This document shows, one piece after another, positions 44,333 to 61,600 of a DNA stretch of 64,000 bases. Under the pieces are notes generated by a model. The model worked only from the letters and a program-made list of their open reading frames with translations, did no database searches and had not been told where the DNA came from. Each line of letters starts with the position of its first letter. The stretch's first letter is position 1. The translations under genes and the position numbers were made by a program. The DNA is from the human T2T-CHM13v2.0 reference genome, Homo sapiens, in assembly GCF_009914755.1 (NCBI RefSeq), contig NC_060927.1; one strand, given 5' to 3'.

Positions 44333-45902
44333 CTGTAGATAAGCACAGGGAAACATTGAGGAAAGTGTTGCTGCAATGATGGTTTGAATCCTTGAGCTTA
44401 AATATTATGTCCTCAAGCTTCTCTTCATTATGACCCCAAAACCAGAAATAAACATGTCAATTCACATTTGTCCAACTTGCTTCCAAAATTTATATTTCAA
44501 AGTCAAGTTCTTCCCAGAAATAATAGAGAACTCTGCCTTTCTTTGATACTTGCTTTAAAATTGTTAGCCCAATACCAATTCAATCACTGTAAATTTTCTA
44601 ATCACATTTATATTGCTGATGACTGACTATCCTCAATTCTGCTGTAAAATGTGAGGCAGAGACCATTCAGATGCTGTGGCATTATCTTCCCAAGTGGTAC
44701 TTTAGAAAGGATAAATGTGCTTCTGTTCATGTTTACCATCTTCCTTCTTATCAGTTTATATTTCCTATATCTAGCAAGCTTTGCATACCTTTTTCTTTGG
44801 TGAATTAATTTTGAGAGGAATTACCTGTCTAATTACATAATACAACTGTTGCTTTATCTGGCAATTTCCTAAAATAAAAGTTTATAAGTAAAAGTCTTTG
44901 AAAATATTGGCGCTCTTCATCTTTCCCTTTTTGTTGTCTTTGACTCCTTCCCCGATGGGCTATTCTAGTTTGTCCTCAATGGGACGGAGTTATTTGGCAA
45001 GAGTTAACTTCCTTTTAAAATCCAGGTTTTGGATGAAATTTTAGGGTTCAGCTGAATGCTCAATGAAAAGAGACTAAGAAGCAAATGCAGATGTTTAATT
45101 GGAACACAGTTTATAGAGAGGGATTGCCTCTGCTGGCTGTTCGGATTATCTGTGATCCAAGGTGGCATCTGCCCATCTTCCAAGTGGGAAGAAGGACAAC
45201 AGTTGCTGACTGCCTTTGGGGACATTCCTAATGGCTCAACATCCTTTCAGATAGATATCCATTCCCACTGGAAACACCTCCTGTCCCAGGCCTAGAGCTA
45301 GGAAAACCCCCTGCATTAAAAGTGGGGTCTAGATTTCATCTGTCTTCATAGGAAAGGAAGGGTGCTATCTTATTCAGATGAACCTGTATTTGAACAATGC
45401 TTATGATGTTGAAAGCACATGCATCATGCTAATTTCATTTGATCATCTATCCTATTTTTGAAGTCCTTATTGGAAAAGAGATTTTATCATCTTGCAATGA
45501 AAACATTTCCAAAGCTGAATAATCCTGGATGCTTCCTGATATACTCTAATGCAGATTAAGTCTGTTTCTCTATAAAGAATACACAGACATAATTTTTATG
45601 TAAATGATTCATAATTATAGTTAAACATATTTTGAATGCTTGAAAAATAGATTTTCCTTTAATTTCCCTCTTTATTTCCACAGTTCTTTCCAAAGTTCTT
45701 ATCTTGAACCATAATTATTTAATGGAGGTCCTAATTTCTTAGGATGTTTTCCTCCCCTAACTAGAAATCACGTATCTGCCTTGTGTCTGAGCCTTGCAGT
45801 GGACTTTAGGAAAGTGCTTTAATGATTTAACAGAATAATTCGTAAAAGTAAGTCATTCGTTATCTTCTCTAATCACCCCATGTTCTGTATTTCAAAGGAT
45901 AC
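44333..45902 (-). other. SLC9A9: U12-type (minor spliceosome) GT-AG intron, 1570 bp
   Basis: Donor GTATCCTTT (45902-45894) is the U12 consensus; branch-like TTTCCTCAAT at 44364-44355; ends CAG. Confidence 0.9.
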
Positions 45903-46016
45903 AAAGGCTCCAAGTATAAAAAGAGCATTAAAGATATGATTCTGGAACGTGAACAGTGCCAGGCCCATGTAACAGAAGATGACGTTCTCCGCCAAAAAGT
46001 TCATAAATTCAAACAA
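45903..46016 (-). CDS. SLC9A9: SLC9A9 coding exon (probably exon 10), 114 bp, [38 protein letters not shown]
   Basis: Manual translation; acceptor ttttgtttcag|TTG, donor TTT|gtatcctttg; 38 whole codons, no stop. Confidence 0.97.
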
Positions 46017-47352
46017 CTGAAACAAAACATAAAACAAAAAACCATTAATTATAACTCAGGTTTGAGTGCACTTACTTTCTGGTAACTGTATTTGACAACT
46101 GACTGGGTCTCCTTTATCTGGAAGGCCACCCCTTTGGCCGTGTGCTTAGCCTCTGAAGGAGGATGGAGGCCCTGGCTCTTGACCCAGGGACAGATGCCAC
46201 AGCCACATCAGCATCCCATTCTTTCCAACTGTAAGGCTGCCAGAGACACGCCTGGGTAATATTAACCAGCATGATCCTTCCATGGAACAATTCCTACTAA
46301 GATGACAAAATAGTCCCTGTAAAAGAAACTGAAGCTAAGTGATTTGCTGAAGGTGTACTGTAGTAAATGACACAAAGATTGTTTAACCTCTGTGCACATT
46401 ACCCAGTAGATCCACTTGACTTCCCAGGTACTGAACAACTGTTTTTTTTAAGCTTAAACTAAATTACCCTTCTCAGGCAGGCAGGAGGGACAAAGTTGGA
46501 AAACTTGGAAACCTGAAATAAGGATGAATGTCAATTACATTTTAACATTAGAGTGATCGGTATATTTCAAATCCCAGACGATGAGACTCATTAAATTGAC
46601 TGATGTAGGTATATCCATTAAATGTCTACAATTTCTAGCTGCTAAAAAGAAAATGATTAATCCCAGGGATCGGTTTATGCAGCAAGAACACAATAGATAC
46701 ATCAAATTCAGTCAGAAGAATAGAGTAATAACATGCTATGATGAGGGATGTTCCCAAGAGTTATTCTTAGACCATTAACTAAACAATTTAAGTTGAACAT
46801 GAAAAACGTTCTCCAACTTTCAGATTAAAAGTAAAAGGGAAATGTTCCAGGGGCTACAACAAAGGCAGATTTGGAAGACTTTATTTTATGTTCCAGACTT
46901 CTCATTTGGAAGTTTCTGAGACTCCATTCCTGGACCTACATAAATCACCATGTTAGGTAAATATCTCTGGAGGCATTTCTCTTGACTTTTTAAGGACTCA
47001 TTATTTTTTCATGTAATGTATTTACAGCCCCACAAATAATGCCCAATACTGTTCACTGACAGTTGACAGAAAGAAAAGTAGAATCTTGTCAGAAACATTA
47101 TTTAAAACCAGTAATAGAAAGAAAGGATTAAAAAAGAAACAGCCCTTTGGTACAAGATAGTTTTCTCTGCAGGGGCAGCCATCATCAATTATCCTGAATG
47201 CTTGCTTTACATCCCAGGCTGGCTCATGGAAACAAACACTGTCACCAAAATAACCAGAGAAAATTTGAAAACAACAGGAAAAATGTAGGGGACAGGGAAT
47301 ATTTTTCTGCCTCATTATATCTTTACTTTTTCAAAAAGTGAGATTTGGCTGT

Positions 47353-47716
47353 TGTCTTAATCTCCTCAGGCTGGTGAAATGAAATACCATATACTGAATG
47401 GCTTAAACAACAGAAATTTATTTCTCATAGTTCTGGAGGCTGGGAAATCCAAAATCAAGGTGCCAGCTGATTTGGTGCTGATGAGAGTCCTCTTCCTGGT
47501 TTGCCAAAGGCCATCTACTCGCTATGTCCTCACACCGAGGAGAGAGAGATCATCACTTTTGTGTTTCTTCTTATAAGGGCACTAATCCAATTTCTAAGGG
47601 TTCTATTATCATGATCTAACTCCCTCACAAGGGCCTCACCTCCAAATATCATCACAATGGGGATTAGAGCTTCAACATATGAATTTTTAGAGAGCAAAAA
47701 CATTCTGTCCTTAGTA
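47353..47716 (-). mobile_element. MLT1A/MST-type MaLR solo LTR
   Basis: ggcttaaacaacagaaatttatttctcatagttctggaggctggg...cttcaacatatgaattt. Confidence 0.85.
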
Positions 47717-48639
47717 GCTATTTAGTTTTTTAACATCAATAAACAAATGTCAAGGTTAAATTTGTAGTGCCTCTCTTTCTTTTGTCCCCATCCCAACTGT
47801 ATTTTACCCTAGAGTGAACATTTTGCCACCTGGACTCTATTCAGCCTCTCTTTAATGGCCTTACTCCAATTTCCCTCTGAGGGCCCACTTCATTCCCTAC
47901 TCTCAGCCCATGTGTTCATGCCTCCCTAGCTCAAATATGGAGCATATAATTTAGGACTAAACCACTCAAATCGGTGCATTTCTTTAGGCAGCATGTTTGG
48001 CTCAGAAATGAGTGTGACATGTTTGGGCCCAAGAAAATTCCATTTGAATTCAACAAGTTTAATGCAGGGAATGCTGAGACAAAGGCCCCCACCTTTTCAC
48101 AGGATGAGAAATCAGAAAGATGCTGGCCAGGAAGCTGCTGGCAGCCATTTTGGGATAACAGAGGAAATGGCCGCCTGAAAGAGAAGCCAGTTCCTGATAA
48201 CAGTATTTAATCTTCTGTATTCAATCTCTCCCAAAACAAAATTTACCCTTGGATTTTTGCATTGAAGAGATCACGAAATCACTTTTTGATTTGAAGTAGG
48301 GTTCTATCATTACTCTAAAACAGTCCTATTTCAGTTAAATGAACAAAACAAAACACTTTTTCACTCTAAACAGATTATAAACAAAAGGGTGTGGGGTCAA
48401 ATTTTTGTCTCTTTTCAGATAATAAGAAAGTCTGTTACCTTTGTCCCCCTCACCTCCACCATCCAATTTTAATCTATTCATCATCTTAATGAAAGAGGAG
48501 AAGTATATGGGAAAAGTCGTTTTGTTTTGATTTTTTCTATTTGTTATTGAGATGTGATGGGAATCTTTGCGCTACATTTTACATGGAGGCCCATAATTTT
48601 AAGTATTTGTTTTAGTGATTTGCTTCCTTTGAATAACCT

Positions 48640-51250
<2,611 letters not shown>

Positions 51251-53218
51251 ATTTTTGTCAGTACCTCCTACCTCCCAACAATTTTATAGTATTTTATTTT
51301 ATGGTATTTATAATGTTATAGTATATATAAGATACCATAAATATCATAAATTTATAAAATACCATAAATACCACAATTTTATGGTATTTATAAAATATCA
51401 TAAATGCAATAAAATTTGCATTTTATTGTACCACAATAAAAATGTATACAATTTAGAACAAAATAAGAGTTTTATAATATTTGGGAAAAAAGATAGATTG
51501 TTTGGAAAGATTTACAGTGAAAGTTGACTACTTGGGGTAAAAATAACCAGAAACCAAAGATGGATTCTAGCTCACTCCTTATACTCAAATTACAGAAAAA
51601 TAATCAATTTAAAGGAGAAAACAAAACCTACTTATGAATTATTCAATAAGTCATCAGTAATTTTGTACATAATTTTTCAATCGGGAAATTTTATAAGAAT
51701 TGTTTGTATTAGTAAAAACCTGGAAACAAATATCCATAATATAAGAAATAGTTAAATAAATTATAGTATAATACATTCATGTAACAGCCTATATTTTAGG
51801 GAGTTCTATATGAACTAGTATAAAAAGATATCTAAGATCTATTGTTAAATAATAAACAATTAAAGAAATAAAGGATAAATCTAGCTGAGTATTAACATGT
51901 ACATATCCATGTAACTTTCACTCACTTTATGGACATTTGCATAATTTTAATTATAATGAGGATAATTTTAATTATGCAGATGCCCATAGAGTGAAAGTTA
52001 TATAAAATTTCTTAGATAAAATTCCTGACATGAGTTGTCCTCTCACGAAGGGGATACGTTTTCTTTTTAAGCATAGTAAAAATCTGCCCTTCAGAAAGAA
52101 TGAAGCAATTTGCATCTCTACAAATGGTGCAGAGGGTGCCCTTTTCCCCATATTCTTGCCAAAGTAGTTTTTATCAGTTTTTAAAAACCTTTGACAATAT
52201 GATAGAATCACTTATTTTCAATTGTAGATGGTTGTTGGCATTTTAAAAAAGGCTTCTTTCACAGCAATGCAACAGTACTGATTAGCACTCCTTTTGTCTA
52301 TTTATATCACGTAACAACATTTCTTTGAATGAACAGTCTTCATAATAATTTCCTTCTTGGGGCATTTAATGAGAATCTGTGGGCAAATTCAATTTTGTTT
52401 CATATGCCAAAATCTCCTGAAGGCATGTTTCAAAGGGAGAATCTATACAGCAAGGCCAGCTGACAGAACCAATTTGACCGTTAGGACTTCATTGCCTGAG
52501 TCTGGCCCGAAGGAGTACGCAATCACTGAGGGAATAAACTTATTGGTCAATTTTGGATAAAATTTTAAAAAATGAAAAAAATCTTCCACCCCAAAGCCAA
52601 TAATAATAATCACAATAACAACACATTTCAAACTAGTCAATTCAGTGTTCAATATAAATAACTTCAAATCTACTTCCTCCCCACTCAGGGTCAGTAAAAA
52701 ATAACTTGACTCAACTTTTTATTTATCCGGTACAGTAAACATTTATTTTGTTTCCATTACTTCACAGTTTGTGAGCATTTGGAGAGGACCCAAGTTAAAA
52801 GTAATCTTTGCTTAGCAGGGCTTTTGTTCAAGGGGCAGGGGGGAAGCAAGTTAATAGTGCAAACAAGACTGGGGAAGTATTTAAACTGCGTAAGAGGACA
52901 ATCTGTGTTTAAAAACTCTGAACGCTCATGGTAACCATTCATATGTTAATTAAGTGACTTAATCTAGTTAGCAAACCATGTTCTCTGAAGACTTATTGGA
53001 TACTATGCTTTTTATTGAGTTACTGTATTTACTAGAAAGTAAAAAAAAAGTCATATCTATTTTATAAAATATGTTTATCACTAATTCTGATTGACCTTTT
53101 TCTTCTATCCACACAAAAAAATGTAATTTTACCATATTATTATGGTTCATAGGGAAATATTACAGCCGTTCAATATACCTGGCTAATACTAATTAAATTC
53201 ACATGAATTCCTCAACAT

Positions 53219-53260
53219 AGCTTTTATGAGGCTCGACACAGCTTTTATGAGGCTCGACAC
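53219..53260. repeat. Perfect tandem duplication, 2 x 21 bp
   Basis: agcttttatgaggctcgacac twice. Confidence 0.96.
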
Positions 53261-53640
53261 AACCTGCTGACTTTCATCTACTTGTCTATGAAAGGCACTG
53301 AAATTCGTTGAAACCGAGATGTTAAATAATCTCAAAACTGCAATGAAAATTAAATGAAATGGTTATTTTCTTTAGAATTTTATCTCAGAATTAATCTTGG
53401 CTTATATTTTCATTTTACTTGTAAAATTTGTCTTTATTCCTAACTGGGAGCTTTCTACACAGAATATCTCAGATTTCATTTTTATATACTATTAAGTATA
53501 TCCATAGCTATTTTGAACAAAGCTGGCATATAGGTGAATAATTTTTATTCCTGCATTGGGGAATTTGCAAATAAGCATTACAATAAATGCTATTGAAATG
53601 ATAAACTTTTGCTCCTACGATTTAATTTAATTAATATTTT

Positions 53641-54912
<1,272 letters not shown>

Positions 54913-57255
54913 TGCTCCTCGGATTTTAATTTTCACTCAGTTCCAAGTACTTAGGAAATGTGTTTGAGGGGAACCCAATAATTCTCATGGGCTGTAGAGG
55001 TGGCACAGGAGATGAATTATAATAATGACCTTTACCACCAGAACATAAGGATTCTGAAGGCTTTTTTGCCTATTAAGGCCACGGTTCCCCAGTGACGCTT
55101 CCTCTATAAAGTTGAAGATTTACAGTTACATATAGGTAAAGTGCAATCTTTGGAGATCCTTCTATATCTAAAGCATTATAGTAATATCAATATTACTACT
55201 TCTAAAATAGTAACAATGTTAATGAAATTCCTATTTTTTTAGGACCTAAATTGTACTAAGAAATGTATTAAAAGCTTTTACATACTTTAACAATTTTTAA
55301 AAACCTTTATGTTATAAAGTCAACAAAACTCAGGAATTGGTAATAATATTCCCATTTTACCATTGGGAAAACTACATTCAAAGGCATTAATACACTTGCA
55401 TTAACACAATAAAGGGAAGAGGTCAGTTGTCCTGAGTTTTGTCCAAGGCTCACACCATTTGTGCCAGACTAGGCAGCCTCCCCATTGTATACGATTCAGG
55501 CTCTGGAGTGGCAAGATGTTTGAATATTTGTAACACTTTCAAGTTTGCAAAGCATATTTTCATACACACATCTTGTTTGATCATCGGAACAAGTCAGGGG
55601 TTGGCAGGGAAGATATCAGTGACTCTGACCATATTTTTCCCAGGTTAAAAAAAAAACTTAAAAGGTAAATTTCTTTGTACCCAATTAGTGGAAGCAACAG
55701 TGTGTGGCTTGAGGCGGGGGATACTTATCCTCTCCCAAATATCTATCACCACTCACCCATCCAAGCCAACCCCTCCTACACTCATTCTCTCTCCCTGCCC
55801 CCAAAAAGCAAAACCAAAGCTCTTGCCATGTATTTGAAGTTTTAAGACAAATCCTTTTCCAAATAACCCTCTTTTCAACCCAATTTCTTCTTCAGACAAA
55901 TTCTGTTTTGCCCTGTGCCCTACAGTAACATGATAATGATTATATATAGCTTTATATATGCATATAAATTATACATATAGATTATGTATATGCCTAGAGT
56001 AAGACAAATGTCATCCAGTTTGGCAGGCTGGGCCCCAAATCCAACATCAGATTCTCCAAGTTGTTTAGGACTATCCAGTCCCTGTAGTAGAGGAGGTGCA
56101 CCACTTAAGCGTTCAGAGAGCTGCTCTTTATCATATATTTCTTTGTTTGAGAATTTTGGGGTTCCCTATGCACTCCTGCTTGCTACCCAGCCCTCTCCTG
56201 TCTCGTATATTTCATTGTCTTCTTTTAAACTTAATCTTGCTTTTTAAAAACATGAGAATTTCAAAAGCACAGCCTATAAAAACACAACAAAACACATTTT
56301 AGGAAGATGAATAGGCATCATTAAGTAAGTAAAGTTAATATAGGACATAAATGTAGTTACAGCTACAAGGAATTGAGCTTCATTAAACTGAATAAATACT
56401 GAATAAATACTGTAGCTAGATTTCCTGAAACCCTCAAGCTTATAACTTAAGGGGAAGGCCATTTTCTCTGAATTTGCTTAATTACTTTAGCCAGTAAATA
56501 CTGATAATAGTATTCATATTTCTGGAAGTTTTCCACTTTGGAGTCTTCCCTTTAAAAAAAAATTTTGCTATTAAAGTAAAAGTCATTGCAGGATTTTGTA
56601 AGGTTGCATTTAAGTTAATATACATAAAGTTAAGAATAGCTTCTCATGTTGGCACCTTGACAGAGTACTTATCATGATACTGCTCAGAGATATTGGTCAT
56701 GAAATAGATTGACCTTAGATCCATTTTGATGAATTTAAACACAGGTACACATATGCACACAGAATTTAAACCATAAGACTTCAAGAGTAGAATTACTTTG
56801 TAATGTATATAGTCCAAACATCCATCCAATGCCTGATTGCTCCTATATGCTTGTTGAGGGGCTGCTCAACCTGGAACTGAACATTGCCAAAGGCAGAAAC
56901 CACACTACTTCCTAAGGAAGTGAATGGCATTTTTGGACCTATATAACTGTTAGAAATCCTTCCTTATGTTCAGCTAAAATTTGGCTATTACTTTCAACCA
57001 CTTCTCCTATTTCTTTGGTTCACAGAAAAATGAGTCACATAGGGTATCATTTTATTTTATATTGCTTGGCTCTAACAGCAGAGAGGGGATTTTTATCAGA
57101 ATAGTTGCAGCAGTAGGCAATTCTACAGTTTAGGCAGCAACTGCCACTTTTCATTCAACAGTCTTATTAGTTTTGAAAATAAACATTTTGCTGCTGTGAG
57201 TTTGTGGCTGACATATGAGGTCTTGAGTCTAGAATATCTGCAAAGGCTGGGGGAC

Positions 57256-57319
57256 TCTTTTGGAGGACACTTATTTGAATGTAATGCTGGTTACATTCAA
57301 ACAAGTGTCCTCCAAAAGA
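57256..57319. repeat. Inverted repeat, 29-bp arms, 6-nt loop, one mismatch
   Basis: tcttttggaggacacttatttgaatgtaa-tgctgg-ttacattcaaacaagtgtcctccaaaaga. Confidence 0.97.
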
Positions 57320-57574
57320 TTTTCTCAGTAAATCTAATAGTACTGGTCCTTTGAAAAAACAAAAGTTGTAGAATAAGACAATTAGTTTCTCTGTGGTTTT
57401 GCCAATAAGTACTAACTAAAGAAAATTGCCTAGTTGAAACAATATATTTTCTGTGCAGAAATTAAAATCGTGTCTTTAAAAAATCCCTTAATGAATAAGC
57501 CAAGAAAAACATTGATATTAATATTAGGTACTGGTATGGAAAATTCACACATTATCACATTTTTCAAAGGTTAA

Positions 57575-58210
<636 letters not shown>

Positions 58211-58271
58211 TATCTTTTTGTCTTTGTAATTAGCCTATGCTAAACTCTTAGGTGGGAGTATGAAGAATACA

Positions 58272-58625
58272 TGTCTTAGTTCTGGCTTCTATAATAAATA
58301 CACCATAGACTGGGTGGCTGAAACAACAAACACCCATTTATCACAGTTCTGGAGGTTAGGTAGTCCAACATTAAGGTGGCTGCAGATCTGGTGTTGAGAG
58401 CCCATTTCCTAGTTTGCAGATGGCTCTTTGGTTGTATCTTCATATGCTGGAGAGCAGAGAGAATGAGCAAGCAAGCTCTCACGTCTCTTCTAATAATGGC
58501 ATGAATCCCACTAGTGAGGGCTCCACCCTCATGACCTAATTATCTCCCAAAGGCCCCAACTCCAAATACCATTAAATTGGGGGTTAGGTTTCAACATGGG
58601 GGATACAAACATGCAGTCCATAGCA
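58272..58625 (-). mobile_element. MLT1A/MST-type MaLR solo LTR
   Basis: TGTCTTAGT...gagggctccaccctcatgacctaat...CCATAGCA; near-TSD ataca/acaca. Confidence 0.85.
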
Positions 58626-61600
58626 ACACATGAAAAAAGGAAATATTTCTAATTATGTTTTTTTAAGGTGTCTGAACTGAATACCAAAATCCTAGCCATT
58701 GCCAGTCAGATGAGTAACAACTGTTTAAGACATGACTGAGGATACTCCACTCCATCCACTATGAGAACCATGTGCTCTTTCTAAATTAACATTTACTGCT
58801 AGCAACAAACAGAATATTAAGTCCCAGATATCTAGAGATGTGTTTGATCTCTTCATGCCAACCCAATCCCTTGATAAAAGTATTGCAAACTAAAATACGT
58901 AGGATTGAGAACATTATTCAGTGATGTTTCATGATCGGCCATTACACAGTGGAATGCATTAGATCATCAGGACAAACACAAAACCCTAGAATCAAACCAG
59001 TATTCATTCAAGCAGGCTTTGTCACTGCCAGTGCTGCACTTGTCTGAAATAACACTTAGTTTCATAACCAGCTTGAAGATTTCAAGAGCTTACTTGTTTT
59101 ATGTTATGTTATTCTCAATAAACATTTTCATTATGTTAGTGTATATTGAGATTCCTTTAAAAAACTTTCTGAATTCGGTAGTTTTATATATTCTACTGTA
59201 ATGGTACAACAGTAATCAGAACTTCTCAGAAAAATTTCTTTTACCACATTTCCCCCATCTCCAATTTATGAGGAAAAAGAAAAGAGGACTAATTAAACTG
59301 ATTTACTATTTAACCTGACCAAATTCATTGCTCAACTTTTCCTTTCACTTTTGGGTCATCTTTTGGGTAAGATATAAAAGTAAATATTTTACAATTTAGA
59401 AGGTGAAGAGGCACAGATGCTTTTCTTGAGTATTTCAGTAAGATTTTTAATGTAATAAATGGAGGACATAGCACTCAACTTTATACTATATGTAAACAGT
59501 GATATTAAAACTCTTAATTTTTGTTCTACAGGTGGTTATAAGTTTACTTGATTTAACTAACAAAGAAAATAAAAAGCTACAACAAACAGTTAAAACTCAT
59601 TGTCATTAGGCAGATGTCTTTGAATTCAATTTCTGATCTATGGCAGAGTGGACTATGGAAAGGCATGCAATAGAAAGCTTGAAGCTTAGAGTAGAACATT
59701 GATTCTTTGGGACATGATAAGAAATTGGAGAGTGTAAAAGAGGCTTTATAAATCAGAGAAATCAATGAAAATGAAAGACAAAAATATATGACATTTGGAT
59801 AATGTCATTCAATTGGAGAATAGACTATCAGATAATTTTTATAAAGGCATGGCTATAAATAAATCAATAGCTGATGAAAATTATGTTTGCTTAACTTGTT
59901 CCTTTGTAATGGATAGTTAAAATATACTGACTGTAGATTGTCAATGTTTATATTAAACTCCAGAAAATTCTTATTTTACAACGATTAAGTTTTTTGAGCT
60001 TTCTTTTGATGAGATTTATAAAGCTCCCCTCTGTAAAGCCTCTGTGTTGAAGCTACTGCACGCCCTTGAGAATATAGGCAAAATGCCAAAAATTATAAAT
60101 TATTACAGTGTAAGAGTGTATTTCTCTTTGTATCCAAGGAAGAAAGTTATATTTCATATAAAGACCATGCATGCATAAAACAGCTCTGAATGAGAGCTTT
60201 AGCTCTGACTTATTTCTGTGGTTTGGGGTCAATTTTGTTTTTGTTCCAATCTGTTTAGGTCCTTCAAAGTTACCCTACAAAGATCCCTGAGAAAGTGCTC
60301 TTGTATATGTGTATTTATGATGATTTTCAAAAATTAGTTTATCTGCAAAAAAATTATATACATATATATGGAGAAAGACTGTACTATAGATATGTGCTAG
60401 AAGCTCTTAGTCTCCACTCTCTAGATTAATCCCCTATTTGTTCTGTAAAACATACTGTCTAATGTCCTCTACACACTAAATGCTGACGCTTAGTAAGTTG
60501 CTCTCCAGTGTGCCCAGGTAACTTCTGCTTCCACCACATGAATTTTATGCTTAACAAGAGCCATGCTTGTTCCAAAATTTGTTTTTGTCTACTTTAAATT
60601 GATATTTGTAATTGCATAATTTGTATAGATTAAATGTGGATATGAAAGAAAGTTGATGTTTTTCAAAAAACTAAGTTAAATATGCAGAAAGACTTGATAA
60701 AATTAAGTTGCTTAGAAAATATTACTAAATTAGTAGTGAGAAGGACAATTGTAAAATGTTGCAAAAATGTATATCCAAATACAGACAGATTCTTATATTT
60801 GCCAATGTCTTTAATCTCAAAACTAAAGCAATAGAAATACTAGAAATTCTGGTTGATATATTTGTGGTGTACTTTGTGAAAGAAAGGCAACTCAGAACTG
60901 TAATATTCAAAGAAAAAACATTGTCTTTATTAAAAGATTGGAAAATTAATATATAATTTATAAGTGAAAATTAAATACCCGAGATATTTGTGTCATTTTA
61001 TAGAATGATTCTTTGCTTTAGATGACTTTTCCATTAATTAGCTGGTTCCGATCCTGTGTTGGATAAAAGCACCTAGGCTCTGAGTGTCTATTATTTCTCT
61101 ACTTCAATTTTTGAAAAATATTGAAAAATTTTCAAATTTAATTTTTTCATCCGATTCTTATTACGTCTTCTTGTACCCGCTTCATATTACTAACATTCTA
61201 CTTTATCTCTTTAAGGATACTAATTATGCCCATTTTAAATTCTTGGTCCATATGTTCCAGTAATTTTGCTTCATGTTTATGTTCTATGTTCAGCTTTTGG
61301 TCTGTTTTCTACTGGTTGTATGCATTGAACATCTTGCTGTTTTGGCCTGTGAGTCACATTTTCCTGGGGTCAAACTTGTTAGGCAAGGTGTGTGGGGAAA
61401 GGCCCATATACACACTGGAATATCCCCTCAGTAATGTTCAGAAGGAAAAGGGTAAGCTCCAGGGTGGAGAAAAGCTTTAACACAACCAAATTTTTGACCA
61501 TCAATGTCTGCCTGTTCACTTCTCCAAGAAATTCCTGTCAGGAATTTGCCTTTAAATCTTTAGAATGAAGCAACACTGAAAAGACACGATTTCTTCAGAT

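Noticed and set aside
60600-61070. Possible ancient Tigger-like fragment
   Set aside because: Only a faint resemblance near 61005-61070; cannot be supported without a Dfam search.
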